A stretch of DNA of 64,000 bases, from contig CAWEPK010000007.1 of assembly GCA_963810935.1 (NCBI GenBank), positions 1-64,000 of the forward strand, given 5' to 3'. The notes beneath the pieces were generated by a model. That model had not been told where the DNA came from, made no database searches, and was given only the letters and a program-made list of their open reading frames with translations. Position 1 is the first letter of the stretch. Every line of letters starts with the position of its first letter. The position numbers and the translations under genes are program-made. This stretch comes from an uncultured delta proteobacterium. Lineage in GTDB: Bacteria > Desulfobacterota > Syntrophorhabdia > Syntrophorhabdales > WCHB1-27. Shown piece by piece: positions 1 through 10,775 of this stretch.

Positions 1-406
1 CGAGAGAAGTGAGATTCGTCGAGAGCTTCTCGGGAAGCATGGGGAATATTTTCGCGGGAGTGTATACCGATGTTGTATTGTGGCGCGCGTGGCCGTCAAT
101 CGCCGAGCCTCTCTTAACGAGGCCGTCGACATCGGCGATGGCTATGAATATCCTTACCCGGTAGCCCGGCATCACCTCGGCGCAGGTCAGCTGATCCAGG
201 TCCCGGGAATCGTCGTTGTCGATGGAGGCCCAGGGCAGATCCCTTAGATCGCGCACGTCGCCATCCATCGCTGCGGCGGGAGTCTCAATTTTGGTGAGCT
301 CGGCACAGGCCTCAGCAGAGAAATCGGCGAGAAGACCTCGTTCGAGCATTATCCTCGTGGCAATACTCTCAAGAATGTCGCGGTGCTGTTCGGCAGGCAA
401 GGTCAT
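1..406 (-). CDS. RNB-domain exoribonuclease (RNase II/R family), N-terminal part; runs off the window
   Basis: Not in the ORF track. Manual translation from ATG at 406 gives MTLPAEQHRDIL...WASIDNDDSRDLDQL...IAIADVDG...HNTTSVYTP...FPMLPEKLS, containing the RNB SIDxxxxxDxD and TSVY..PMLP motifs. GAGGAG RBS upstream. Confidence 0.85.
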   Translation of the reverse strand, partial: MTLPAEQHRDILESIATRIMLERGLLADFSAEACAELTKIETPAAAMDGDVRDLRDLPWASIDNDDSRDLDQLTCAEVMPGYRVRIFIAIADVDGLVKRGSAIDGHARHNTTSVYTPAKIFPMLPEKLSTNLTSL

Positions 407-798
407 GAAAGGGTCTCCTCGTGCAATGACATTGGTACGTGTAGTCAGCCTTAATCATTACCGCATGAACGCGAGCATTGTCAAACAATGGTGATGACGC
501 TCTATTACAGGAAGCAAGTGAGCATGTTTGACCCCCAACTGCCGGCGCGTACGCAAGATGGGGCCGGGAGATTTTCGACGGGGCACCCGCCCGACGTGAG
601 GAGGGAAGGGTCGTTCCCGTGATCGACGGGCCGCCCGACGAGATCGTACTTTTGGAGTACATCGAGGGGGCGCGGCCCAGGCGAGACAGGGAAAAGCCGC
701 GAAAAGGTCCCGGCCCCGCCCCCCGGTTACCAAAAGTTGGGGCGGATGACTTGTAGGTGTATACACGTTGACGTGTTGCGACGACGGCGTTCCCCGAG

Positions 799-814
799 TG
801 GAACGCCGTTCGCT
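799..814 (+). promoter_or_regulatory. Putative sigma54 (-24/-12) promoter upstream of the NifA-type activator
   Basis: TGGAACGCCGTTCGCT = GG-N10-GC, close to TGGCACG-N4-TTGC. Overlaps one arm of a 10-bp inverted repeat (784-793/800-809). Confidence 0.45.
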
Positions 815-938
815 TGTATGGACGATGAGGCGTCTTGCCGCATTCTAAAGAAACGGGGTGCGGAAAGGCGCTTTTTTTGCGTTGGAGCGACGCGCGTAAA
901 AGGGGAAGCGGGACGGGCGCGCTTTAAGGAGGCAAAGG

Positions 939-2486
939 GTGATCGAGGCAAGAAACAGGGAGATCAGGGAGCTTAGCCTCCTTTTCGAGATCAGCACGAA
1001 GCTGAGCGAGAGCCTTGACCTCAAGGCCGTGCTCAAGCCCATCCTGCAGCTTACGGCGGAGCACATGGACATCCACAGGGGCACGCTCACTATCCTTAAC
1101 AGGAATAAGGGAGAGATCGCCATTGAGGAGGCGTACGGGCTGCGGCCCGAGGAGCAGGCGAAAGGCAAATACCGCCTGGGCGAGGGCGTCACGGGCAGGG
1201 TGATCGACACAGGGCAGCCCATCGTCGTCCCCAATATCGCCAACGAGCCTATGTTCCTCGACAAGACGGGCGCGAGGCAGCGCCTCAACAAGAACGACAT
1301 CGCGTTCATCTGCGTGCCGATCAGAATCGGCAACGAGACCATCGGTGCGCTTTCCGCGGACCGCGCAAGCGGCGACGAGGCGCGCCTGCGGGATGACGTG
1401 CGCGTCCTGACGATCATTGCCTCCACCATCTCCCAGGCTGTCCGCCTGCGCCAGCACGCCGAGGAGGAGCTTGGCCGCGTGCGGGAGGAGAACCAGAGCC
1501 TCCAGCACCAGCTCAGGACCAGGTACGGGATGAATACCATCGTCGGCAGCTCGAAGGTGATGCAGAGCGTTTACGCCCTGATTGAGAAGGTGTGCAGCAC
1601 GAACGCCACCGTGCTGCTTCTGGGCGAGAGCGGCGTGGGCAAAGAGCGGGTCGCGCAGACCATCCATTACAGCTCGAACCGCGCGGACCAGCCGTTCGTA
1701 AGGGTGAGCTGCGCCGCCCTGCCGGAGTCCCTGATCGAAAGCGAGCTTTTCGGCCATGAGAGGGGCGCATTCACGGGCGCAATACGGGCGCGCCAGGGGC
1801 GCTTCGAGGCAGCAGGCCACGGCACGATCTTCTTAGACGAGGTGGGCGACCTGCCGGCGTCCACGCAGACGAAGCTTTTGCGCGTGCTCCAGGAAAGGGA
1901 GTTCGAGCGGATAGGCGACAACGCACAGATCAAGGTCAACGCGCGCATCATCACCGCGACGAACAGGAACATCGAGACCCTCATGCAGGAGGGGAAATTC
2001 CGGGAAGACCTCTATTACAGGCTGAACGTCTTCCCCATCCTCGTGCCGCCCCTGCGCGACCGGAAGACGGACATCATGCTCCTCGCCGACCATTTCGTCC
2101 AAAAATACAGCGTGCAGCACGACAAGAAGATCGTGCGGATATCGGTTGCCGCGACGGACATGCTGATGACCTACCACTGGCCGGGGAACGTGCGGGAGCT
2201 TGAAAACTGCATCGAAAGGGCGATCATACTGAGCACGGACGGCGTCATCCAGGCGAACCACCTGCCGCCCAACCTCCAGACGAAAGAGGAGGCCGGGCAG
2301 GACAAGCCGCCTGGCACCTTCAAGGGCATCATCGCCAGCATGGAGCGCGAGCTTATCACCGAGGAGCTGCGCAGGACGCGGGGGAATATGGCGAGGGCGG
2401 CACGCGAGCTGGGGTTGACGGAACGGATCATGGGCCTGAAGGTTGCCAAATACGGTGTAGACCCCACCCAATTTAAGGGACGGTAG
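939..2486 (+). CDS. NifA-subfamily sigma54-dependent activator (GAF-AAA+-HTH)
   Basis: N-terminal GAF; GESGVGKE Walker A; ESELFGHERGAFTGA; FLDEVG; FREDLYYRLNV; WPGNVRELEN; C-terminal Fis-type HTH. Confidence 0.92.
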   Translation: MIEARNREIRELSLLFEISTKLSESLDLKAVLKPILQLTAEHMDIHRGTLTILNRNKGEIAIEEAYGLRPEEQAKGKYRLGEGVTGRVIDTGQPIVVPNIANEPMFLDKTGARQRLNKNDIAFICVPIRIGNETIGALSADRASGDEARLRDDVRVLTIIASTISQAVRLRQHAEEELGRVREENQSLQHQLRTRYGMNTIVGSSKVMQSVYALIEKVCSTNATVLLLGESGVGKERVAQTIHYSSNRADQPFVRVSCAALPESLIESELFGHERGAFTGAIRARQGRFEAAGHGTIFLDEVGDLPASTQTKLLRVLQEREFERIGDNAQIKVNARIITATNRNIETLMQEGKFREDLYYRLNVFPILVPPLRDRKTDIMLLADHFVQKYSVQHDKKIVRISVAATDMLMTYHWPGNVRELENCIERAIILSTDGVIQANHLPPNLQTKEEAGQDKPPGTFKGIIASMERELITEELRRTRGNMARAARELGLTERIMGLKVAKYGVDPTQFKGR

Positions 2487-2506
2487 GCGCCGGCCCTCAA
2501 GCGGGG

Positions 2507-4054
2507 TTAACCGTCCAACACCCGTCTGATCGTCTTTGCTATCTCGGCCTTCGTGAGCGGTTTCATGGCAAATGCCTTTATACCGGCTGCTTTGGCCTTT
2601 TCCGCATCAACCGTGTGGCTGAAGCCCGTGCAGAGAACGACAGGCATCTCCTTCCTGATTGCGAGGATTTCTTTCGCAAGCTCGACGCCCGTCATCTCAG
2701 GCATGGTCTGGTCGGTCATTACTATATCGAACCCGGAAGGGTCACGCCGGAAAAGATCTAGGGCCGCCGTGCTGTCCCTCATGGACGTTACCCTGTAACC
2801 GAGCTCCGCAAGGATATCCTCGCACATCTCCACAATGGTCTCTTCGTCATCGATGAACAGGATGCGCTCCGACCCCGTGGGGACCGCATCGTCCTCAGTC
2901 GTATCGGCGTCCGGCTCTCCCGCGATGCTGGGGAAATACAGAGTGAACGTGGAGCCGCTGCTCGGCTTGCTTTCGACGGTGATGTGCCCGCCCGCCTGTC
3001 TCACGATGCCGTGGACCACCGAAAGACCGAGCCCTGTCCCCTCTCCGAACTTCTTGGTAGTGAAGAAGGGATCGAATATCCGCTCCATAATGGCGGGCGG
3101 TATGCCGGCGCCCGTGTCCGCGACGGTCAGCCTCATATACGCGCCGGGCTCTATCTCCGGGGGACCCTTGTCGGACGGCGCTACGGTGAAGTCGGCCAGC
3201 TCTATATCCAGCGTCCCGCCTTTATCTCTCATTGCATGGGCGGCGTTCGTGCAGAGGTTTATCAGGACCTGCTGCATCTGGACAGGGTCGGCCAGCACGA
3301 ATCCCGACGCATCAGACGTGTTGACGCTGATGGCGATCGTGGACGGCGTGGCCGCCCGGATAAGCCCGGCCGTTTCCCTCACGACGTCGCCAAGGCGCAA
3401 TGGTTTTTTTTCCTGGTCGGTTTCCCTGCTAAACGTGAGCATCTGCCTGACCAGCTCCCGTCCCCTGATGCCCGCCTCTATGATCCTCGTCAGGTGGTGC
3501 TTCTCCCTGCTCCCATCCTGCGCATGGTCGGCCGCAAGCTCCGTAAAGCCGATGATCGCCGCGAGAATATTATTGAAGTCATGCGCTATGCCGCCCGCCA
3601 GCGTGCCCAGCGCCTCCATCTTATGCGACTGGCGCAACTGGTTCTCAAGGCGCTTGCGCTCGATGGCGTACCGTATGGAGCGCTCAAGGAGGTCCGGGCT
3701 TATCTGCCCCTTTACGAGATAATCGGACGCGCCCGCCCTCATGGCCTCTACGTCCAACCCGTAGTCTGAGTGGCCCGTTAAAAAGATCACCGGGACGGCC
3801 GGGCCTTTCCCATCGACCTCCTTAAGGAGGTCGAGCCCGGTCTTGTCGCCGAGCTGATAGTCGAGTATGCAGACTTCATAGCGGTCCCTGCCGATTGCTT
3901 CCCTGGCCGCTTCGTATGTAGAGGCCCATTGCAGGTCGTAGCTGGCCGCAGAGATGGCCGAAAACAGCTTCCGCACAAGGATGTAGTCATCTTCGTCGTC
4001 CTCGATGAGGAGTACCCTTATCGGCCGGCTCTCCATCTCACGCGTCTCCCTCAA
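2507..4054 (-). CDS. Hybrid sensor kinase (REC-HisKA-HATPase-REC)
   Basis: N-terminal receiver (LIEDDEDD..LDY); AHDFNN H-box; GTGLGL G2 box; C-terminal receiver (FIDDE, TDQTMP). Start may be 4036. Confidence 0.9.
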   Translation of the reverse strand: MRETREMESRPIRVLLIEDDEDDYILVRKLFSAISAASYDLQWASTYEAAREAIGRDRYEVCILDYQLGDKTGLDLLKEVDGKGPAVPVIFLTGHSDYGLDVEAMRAGASDYLVKGQISPDLLERSIRYAIERKRLENQLRQSHKMEALGTLAGGIAHDFNNILAAIIGFTELAADHAQDGSREKHHLTRIIEAGIRGRELVRQMLTFSRETDQEKKPLRLGDVVRETAGLIRAATPSTIAISVNTSDASGFVLADPVQMQQVLINLCTNAAHAMRDKGGTLDIELADFTVAPSDKGPPEIEPGAYMRLTVADTGAGIPPAIMERIFDPFFTTKKFGEGTGLGLSVVHGIVRQAGGHITVESKPSSGSTFTLYFPSIAGEPDADTTEDDAVPTGSERILFIDDEETIVEMCEDILAELGYRVTSMRDSTAALDLFRRDPSGFDIVMTDQTMPEMTGVELAKEILAIRKEMPVVLCTGFSHTVDAEKAKAAGIKAFAMKPLTKAEIAKTIRRVLDG

Positions 4055-4511
4055 GGAATTTACCCCTCGCTTTGCAGGGCAGCTCCACTATCTCGAACCA
4101 GTATTTGCCGAGAGACCTCATCACGTCGCACAGCCCGTCGAACGTCACGGGCTTCGTGATGTAAGAGTTGGCGCCCAGGTTGTATGTCCGCAGGACGTCC
4201 TCTTCGTCTTTCGACGTGGTCAGCACCACGACGGGGATTTCCTTCAGCCCCGCGTCGTCCTTGATCTCTTTCAGGGCCTCCCTTCCGTCTTTCCTGGGCA
4301 TATTGAGGTCGAGAAGGATAAGGCCGGGGCGCGGGGCGTCGGCATAGCCTTCCCGGCGGTGCAGGTAGTCCATTAAGTCCTCTCCGTCCCCGACAAAGCG
4401 CAGGTCGTTCGCGAGCCTGCTGGCCTCGAAGGCGCGTTTTACTAGCAGGCAATCGTCCTGGTCGTCGTCTGCCATGAGTATAGTGATCGATTTTTTTGGG
4501 TTTCCTTTCAT
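4038..4511 (-). CDS. Single-domain response regulator (Rcp1-like)
   Basis: MADDDQDD, LILLDLNMPRKDG, GANSYITKP. Start trimmed to ATG 4511, overlapping the kinase stop. Confidence 0.9.
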   Translation of the reverse strand: MKGNPKKSITILMADDDQDDCLLVKRAFEASRLANDLRFVGDGEDLMDYLHRREGYADAPRPGLILLDLNMPRKDGREALKEIKDDAGLKEIPVVVLTTSKDEEDVLRTYNLGANSYITKPVTFDGLCDVMRSLGKYWFEIVELPCKARGKFLEGDA

Positions 4512-6436
4512 TCTCCTTCTCCCTCGGTCTGTTTCGCAGAAAGCGTTACTATGAACGTGGAGCCCTTCCCCGGTGCGCTCCTTGCCGTGATGCTTCCGCC
4601 GTGGCGGTCCGCTATTTTCTTGCATATGGCCAGGCCGATGCCTGTCCCCTCATAGACCCCCCGGCCGTGGAGGCGTTGAAACGGGACGAATATACGGTCG
4701 AGGTACTTCTCGTCGAACCCTATCCCATTGTCTTCCACAAAGATTTCGTATCTCCCGTTAGACCGGCCGTACTGTACGTGCCGGCTATAGACCTTCACCA
4801 CCGGTTTCTCATCCCTGCGGAACTTGAGGGCGTTGCCCACGAGGTTCTGCAGGAGCTGGCGCATCTGCACCGGGTCCGCTTCGATGGCCGGCAGGTCGCC
4901 CACCTCGACGCGCCCGCCGGTCCCGCTTATGAGGGCCTCGAGGTCGCCGACCACCTCGACGGCCACCGTCCGCAGGTCGGTCATGGAAAAGGGGAGCGCC
5001 TTCGTTGTAACGCGGGAATAATTGAGCAGGGCCCGGATCAGCTCCTGCATGCGGACCGCCGCGTTCTGCATGCGTCCGAGGTAGTCGAGCCCTTCTTCGC
5101 CGAGGACCTCGCTGTAGCCGATTTTAAGCTGGTCGCCGAAGGCCTGGATCTTGCGGAGCGGTTCCTGGAGGTCGTGGGAGGCCACGAAGGCGAAGTCCTG
5201 TAGCTCCCTGTTGCTCAGCTCCAACTGGGAGGCGTACCGCTTTATCTCCTCGTCGGCGGCCTTTCGCTCCGTGATGTCGAGGTTAATCTCCATGACCGCG
5301 ACAGGGTCCCCCGCCTCGTCCCGTTGCAGGGCCTGGCGGCTGTGCACGGTGATAAGGCTGCCGTCCTTCCGCACGTGGGTCAGCTCGCCCATCCAGTGGC
5401 CTTCCTCCATCAGTGAAGCCGTGTATTCGTCGAAGGGCACGGGAAACCGGGTCTTGAAGAGGTCATGGGTGATCGCTCCGAGTACCTCCGCCTTTGTCCA
5501 GCCGTACAGCTCTTCCGCCCTTGCGTTCCAGAAGGTTATCCGGTTGTCGGGGTCGCGCACCAGGATCGCCTCGTAGGCAAGCCCCAGCAGGTCCGCCTGG
5601 CGCCGGAGGTCCTCCGTCCTCTCCCGCACGCGCTCCTCCATCTCGTCGTGGGCCTTCAGCAACGCCTCCTCCGCCCGCTTGCGCTCGGTAACGTCGCGTG
5701 CCACCACGACCGAGCCGACGACCTGCCCGTCTTTGTCGCGGATGGGGCTGAAGCTGTAGCTTCCCACCCAGGTCTCCCCCGTGTCCTTGCGCCGCAGCCC
5801 GTACTCGACGTTCGTAGCCGTCTCGCCCCGCAAGGCCCTGGGCACCGCCCACATATCGACCGGCGCCGGCCTACCGTCAGGCAGGAACACGTCGAGTATG
5901 CCGGGATACTCCGCGAACGTCTTCGCACACTCGTCCCTGTTCGTGAATCTGTGGAAGGTCGCAAACGCGTCGTTGAAGTCGATGAACCGCCCCTCGGTGT
6001 CCGAGATGAAGACGGCGTCAGTCATAGCGGAGAGTGCGGTCTCAAGCTTCACCCTGCTCTCCCGCGACACCCGCTCGGACCTTGACGCCTGCGCCCGGCT
6101 TGTGGTTACGCAGATGGCCGCCCCGATGAGTAAGAAGAGCGCGAGGGCTACCTGGTCGGCTGTGTTCTCTATCTTGAGCGAGCCGACCGGAGGGAGGATC
6201 AAATAGTCGGCGGTCAGGCCCCCCAGCACGGTTGCGGCAAGGCCCGGTCCGAGCCCGAAGAGGAGTGCGACGACTATCAGGGTGGGGTAAAACGTAATGA
6301 ATGTCGGGAGGGGACCGACAAAGTGCTTGAGGCCCAGGTGCGCGGCGGCCGAGGCGGCGACAAGAAGTACGGTCAGGCCGTACGACGCAGATAGCGTTAA
6401 GGCCTTATTGATATGCCGGAAGCGGTCCGTAAACAT
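4508..6436 (-). CDS. Membrane sensor histidine kinase (DUF4118-like TM region, 2 PAS, HisKA-HATPase)
   Basis: Hydrophobic N-terminus; two PAS/PAC (RDVTERK, DITERK); ASHDLQEPLR H-box; EGTGIGLA. Confidence 0.9.
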   Translation of the reverse strand: MFTDRFRHINKALTLSASYGLTVLLVAASAAAHLGLKHFVGPLPTFITFYPTLIVVALLFGLGPGLAATVLGGLTADYLILPPVGSLKIENTADQVALALFLLIGAAICVTTSRAQASRSERVSRESRVKLETALSAMTDAVFISDTEGRFIDFNDAFATFHRFTNRDECAKTFAEYPGILDVFLPDGRPAPVDMWAVPRALRGETATNVEYGLRRKDTGETWVGSYSFSPIRDKDGQVVGSVVVARDVTERKRAEEALLKAHDEMEERVRERTEDLRRQADLLGLAYEAILVRDPDNRITFWNARAEELYGWTKAEVLGAITHDLFKTRFPVPFDEYTASLMEEGHWMGELTHVRKDGSLITVHSRQALQRDEAGDPVAVMEINLDITERKAADEEIKRYASQLELSNRELQDFAFVASHDLQEPLRKIQAFGDQLKIGYSEVLGEEGLDYLGRMQNAAVRMQELIRALLNYSRVTTKALPFSMTDLRTVAVEVVGDLEALISGTGGRVEVGDLPAIEADPVQMRQLLQNLVGNALKFRRDEKPVVKVYSRHVQYGRSNGRYEIFVEDNGIGFDEKYLDRIFVPFQRLHGRGVYEGTGIGLAICKKIADRHGGSITARSAPGKGSTFIVTLSAKQTEGEGE

Positions 6437-6656
6437 AGTGCTTCACACACCTTCCGCGTTATTCGTTTACTTCGGCAAACTCAAGTATAGACCAGCAACG
6501 AGCCGCGCACAAGAGGCGGATAGTGCGGTGATGTATGTAACCTTTTTACCGCCGCGCCCGATTAAGCTGGTAGAGGGCAATTGTATGACTACACTGCTTA
6601 ACGCCATTTGCTGGCGGCTTTGTAACCTACGGGCCGCTTCCGCCGACTACAAGGTT

Positions 6657-6929
6657 ATGCGGCACGGGACATCGGACGACCTGGGAGGAGACCGGAAGAC
6701 ATTCTACCGTATAGGCATCGCCCTTGCGGTCCTCGCCCTGTTGGTCGCGCTGGCCATCGTGGTATTCGCCGCAGAGACGGGCAGCGGCTCCGATCCGCAC
6801 ACCTTCCGCGCCGTCCTGATGCTCGTCCCCATGCCGCAGACGCTTTCGGAATATACCCGCCTCGCGCGCGGCCTGAAAGTACGGTGGTCCTCCATTGTCT
6901 CATTCTGCCGCGCCTTGAGCCTGAAGTGA
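6657..6929 (+). CDS. Hypothetical small membrane protein
   Basis: One strong hydrophobic helix (IGIALAVLALLVALAIVVFAA) in an otherwise intergenic gap. Start uncertain. Confidence 0.4.
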   Translation: MRHGTSDDLGGDRKTFYRIGIALAVLALLVALAIVVFAAETGSGSDPHTFRAVLMLVPMPQTLSEYTRLARGLKVRWSSIVSFCRALSLK

Positions 6930-7035
6930 CGGGCCTCGTGCCCCGGCCCTACTTCATGAGCGCATGGGGATCCCGGAAAAACGAACGGGAAGACGATGAG
7001 CGTCCCGGGGGACCGGGTGGAGCCGCCGCAAGTAC

Positions 7036-8184
7036 CTATCCCTGCCTGCCCAGCACCTCTTTCGCAATCGTTATCTTCTCGATTTCCCTCGCGCCCTCGT
7101 AAATCTCTACTATCTTCACGTCCCTGTAAAACCGCTCCAGCCCGTATTCCGCGATATAACCGTAGCCGCCGTGGAGCTGGAGGGCCTGGTTGACTACGTC
7201 TACCGCCATCTCCCCCGCAAAGAGCTTCGCTACGCTTACGATCATCGGGTCGAAGTTCCCGTTGTCGATCATCCAGGACGCCTTGTAAAGGGTGTTCCTT
7301 GCCACCTCGATCTTGGCCGCCATCTCGGCGATCATGAACTGGATGCCCTGGAAGCTCGCCAAGGGCTTGCCGAACTGCTTCCGTTTCGACACGTAGGCTA
7401 CGGCCTTTTCGAAAGCACCCTGCGCAGCGCCTAAACCGGAGGCCCCGGCGACGAGGCGGTTGATATTGAACAGGTACATCGCTTGTTTGAAACCGTCATT
7501 CTGCACATCGCCAAGGAGGTTACCAGCCGGGACGCGCACGTTGTTGAAGGAAAGCTCTGCGGTGTCGGATGCGCGTATGCCCATCTTGCCTTTTATCTTG
7601 GTCGCCTCGAAGCCCGGCCTGTCCGCCTCGACGATGAAAAAGCTGTGCTTGCCGTACCTGCCGCCGGCCGGGTCGGTGATTGCGAAGACGAGGATGAAAT
7701 CAGCGATGCTCCCGTTCGTGATGAACATTTTACTGCCGTTGATGACCCATTCGTCGCCGTCGGCGACGGCCGAAGTCGAGGCCATGAGGATGTCGCTCCC
7801 TGCGTCGGGCTCCGTGATGGCGACGCCCGATATGGCCTCTCCGGTCGGGATCATGGGCAGGTATCGCGCTTTTTGCGCCTCCGTGCCGAATTTCTGGATA
7901 ATCTCCGCGCCGAAGGCCGTAAGGATCAGGTTCCCGCAGCCGCCGTCCACCCGCCAGAACTCCTCCATGATCATCACGTTCTCCATGAAGCCGAGGCCCG
8001 CGCCCCCATACCGCTCGTCGATAAAGACGCCGACGAAGCCCAGCTCGCACGCTTTTTTCCAGGCCTCCCTCGGAAACGCCTCTTTCGCGTCGCACTCCAT
8101 TGCTATATCCGTAAGCTCGCCTTCGGCGAACTCGCGGGCCGCCTTACGGATATCTTTCTGCGTGTCTGTAAAATCGAAGTTCAT
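7036..8184 (-). CDS. Acyl-CoA dehydrogenase
   Basis: Own RBS (GGGAGG) and ATG at 8184 (MNFDFTDTQKDIRKAAREFA); ITEPDAGSD, NGSKMFITNG, RKQFGK, HGGYGY, IYEG. Confidence 0.93.
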   Translation of the reverse strand: MNFDFTDTQKDIRKAAREFAEGELTDIAMECDAKEAFPREAWKKACELGFVGVFIDERYGGAGLGFMENVMIMEEFWRVDGGCGNLILTAFGAEIIQKFGTEAQKARYLPMIPTGEAISGVAITEPDAGSDILMASTSAVADGDEWVINGSKMFITNGSIADFILVFAITDPAGGRYGKHSFFIVEADRPGFEATKIKGKMGIRASDTAELSFNNVRVPAGNLLGDVQNDGFKQAMYLFNINRLVAGASGLGAAQGAFEKAVAYVSKRKQFGKPLASFQGIQFMIAEMAAKIEVARNTLYKASWMIDNGNFDPMIVSVAKLFAGEMAVDVVNQALQLHGGYGYIAEYGLERFYRDVKIVEIYEGAREIEKITIAKEVLGRQG

Positions 8185-8219
8185 AGCACCTGCCTCCCGG
8201 TTGTTGTATTGCGCGCGGG

Positions 8220-9832
8220 TTACAGCGCCCCCGGCACGTATCGCAGACTCCCCTTTTATTACCTTTCCCGCCGGGTTCCTGGGCAGTGCGCTCACGAACT
8301 CGACGTATTTCGGCACCTTGTAGTCCGCCAAATGGGCGGCGCAGAACGCCTTTATCTCCCCCGCGTCCGCCTCTTCATTCGCCCTCAATGCAATGACCGC
8401 CTTTACCGCCTCGCCCATCACCTTGTCGGGCACGCCCACCACCGCGACTTCCAGCACCTTGGGATGGTTCGCTATGATGTTCTCCACTTCGAGGGAATAT
8501 ATCTTCTCCCCGCCCCGGTTGATCATGTCCTTCTTGCGGTCGAGGACGTAAAGGAAGCCTTCCTCGTCGATCTTGCCTATGTCGCCCGTATGGAGCCACC
8601 CGCCGATTATCGTCTGTCCGGTCGCCTCCGGGTTCTTCCAGTAGCCTTTGAATATCTTCGCCCCCTTCAGCACGATCTCGCCGACGCCGTGCGGCGGCAG
8701 CACCTTTCCCTCATCGTCCATCACCGCCGCGTCGACCAGGCCGTACGGCAGGCCGCATGCCGCTATCTTCCTGAAGCGGTCTTCGTGGGGCGTGGTGGAG
8801 ACGGAGCCGAAGGATTCCGTAAGCCCGTAACCCACGCTCACCTTGCAGCCCGGCAGCTTTGCGGCCATGGCGTTCAGCATCTCTTCCGTCGCGGGAGAGC
8901 CGCCCAGCATGGCGACCCTAAAGGACGAGAAATCGAGGGCGGCGAAATCGGGGTGATTGATCATGAGCCAGACGACGTTGGCGACGCCCGTGTATATCGT
9001 CGCCCTCTCCGCAGCCATGAGCGCGAGGAAGTCGGACGTCTTGAACTGCTTCATATAAATGCACGGGATGCCCGCAAAGATGTGCGAGAGCATCACCATC
9101 GCCAGCCCCGTGACGTGGAACAATGGGACGCAGCACATCATCTTGTCTTCGGGCACGAATTCCACGAAATCGTCCATGATCATCGCTGTGAGCACGAAGC
9201 CCCGCTGCTGGAGCTGGGCGCCTTTCGGCTTGCCTGTGGTGCCGGAGGTGTACATGATGGCGGCTACGTCGGATTCTCCCGCCTGCACCCTCCTGAACGT
9301 GGCCTGCCTATGGTCGCGGATAACGGCGAAGGGGAGGGCGCCTGCGGGCGTCGATGCGCCCACGTAAAATATCTTTTCAACTGTTTTCAGCAAGCGTAAG
9401 CCGGGGCCCATGTTGGGCCAGTATTCCTCGTCCACGATAAGGAGCCTGCTTTCGGAATCGTTTATCTCGTAAGCCAGCCTCTTCCCCTTTGAACCTGGTG
9501 TTCAGCGGCACCGCCACGGCGCCCAGCTTCATCAGCGCGAAAAATATGAGAGGGAATTCAATCTGCGTCCCCAGAAGCAGGGCTACGCGGTCGCCCGCCG
9601 CCACGCCCTGTTCTTCGAGGCCGGATGCAGTTCTGTCCACCGCCGCGTCGAACTCGCGGAACGTCAGGCGCGTGCCCTGCGCGATGAAGCCTGTCCTGTC
9701 GGGATACCTTCGCACGCTATCTTCGAGCACCTCGACAACGTTCTTCGGCCGGTCCCTGAAGACCCTGCCTTTGAAATCGGGCCCGTCCTCCTCGACGATC
9801 TCCCGGCGGTGCTTGATTTCCAATGCGCACAT
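8220..9832 (-). CDS. AMP-dependent acyl-CoA ligase, with two apparent +1 indels (~9478, ~8247)
   Basis: YTSGTTGKPKG, GYGLTE, TGDIG, PRNPAGKV. Removing one base at each site joins the frames and ends the protein as ...KGELRYVPGAL* at 8220. Confidence 0.85.
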
Positions 9833-10161
9833 AGAGTTCTCCTATACGCTTCTCGCCGGCCGATCGTGCAGGGTTTTAGCCCCCTGGAGACGGGGCCTTG
9901 ATGCCCGCGCCGGTCCGCCGGTCGTGTAAACGCCTACCTGTCGTTGTTCTTTAGAAAATCAAGGCTGAATTTGAGGTATACGGCCACTAGAAAGACACCT
10001 GCGGCAAAAGACCTTTTCATAAAGCCCCCCCCTTTTTTTGTGCTGCCCTGCACTGGCCCCTTTTATGGGGTTCCCCCCGGTGCAGTTCCCGCTTTTTTAG
10101 CCCTAGGAAGCCGCCTTATCGGGAGGCCGGCTAAACAGGCATGGGTAAAGCGGCAACCCTT

Positions 10162-10755
10162 TCATCGCCCACGGTTATCGGGAGCGAGTATCCCCGACAG
10201 TGTAACCTCCCTGTAAGTTTTGGCCAGCAGCTCTCCGTCTATGTCGCCGTAGTTCATATACCATTCGAGGAGGTTGCCGATGTTCATGGCATTGAGCAGG
10301 TGGGCCGCTATCTTGCCGTCTATCTCCGGGCGCACGTGGCCTTCCCGTTTCCCCTGCCCGATCAGGCCTTCGAGAAAAGCCCGGTATTTATGATAGATGC
10401 CTTTGATCTTCCGCTCCGGCGCGGACTTGCTCCCGGAGAACTCGGCGGCAAGGGTGGTAAAGACCACGCAGAGGTTCCTGTTGAGGTAGGCGAATTCCGT
10501 GGCCAGCTTATGGAAATATTTGTACTTCTTCGTGAAGTCGCCTTCGGCCACGTCGAGTTGTGCGATGATCCAATCTATGTAGATGTGCTCGTACCTCTCC
10601 AGTATCTGCGTTAGCAGGTCCTCTTTGCTCTTGAAGTACCAGTAGAAAGTCCCTTTGCTCGTGCCCGTCTTTTTCGTGATATTCTCTATCGTCGTGGCGT
10701 TGTAACCGTTTTTCACGAAGAGCTTTATGCTTTCCTCGATTAGCTTTTCCTTCAT
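10162..10755 (-). CDS. TetR/AcrR family regulator
   Basis: KNGYNATTIENITKKTGTSKGTFYWYFKSKEDL helix-turn-helix. Start trimmed to ATG 10755. Confidence 0.92.
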   Translation of the reverse strand: MKEKLIEESIKLFVKNGYNATTIENITKKTGTSKGTFYWYFKSKEDLLTQILERYEHIYIDWIIAQLDVAEGDFTKKYKYFHKLATEFAYLNRNLCVVFTTLAAEFSGSKSAPERKIKGIYHKYRAFLEGLIGQGKREGHVRPEIDGKIAAHLLNAMNIGNLLEWYMNYGDIDGELLAKTYREVTLSGILAPDNRGR

Positions 10756-10775
10756 CGTTTCCCCATACGTTATTA

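Noticed and set aside
939..2486. Calling this nifA / nitrogen fixation
   Set aside because: The architecture fits, but no nif genes are present and such activators are common in this group.
4508..6436. Bacteriophytochrome
   Set aside because: The kinase core and operon layout are similar, but there is no GAF-PHY chromophore module.
7036..9435. Apparent 799-aa ligase/acyl-CoA dehydrogenase fusion in the ORF track
   Set aside because: The dehydrogenase has its own RBS and ATG at 8184. One base deletion at AGACT 8245-49 gives the ligase a normal end at 8220, so the fusion is most likely an artefact.
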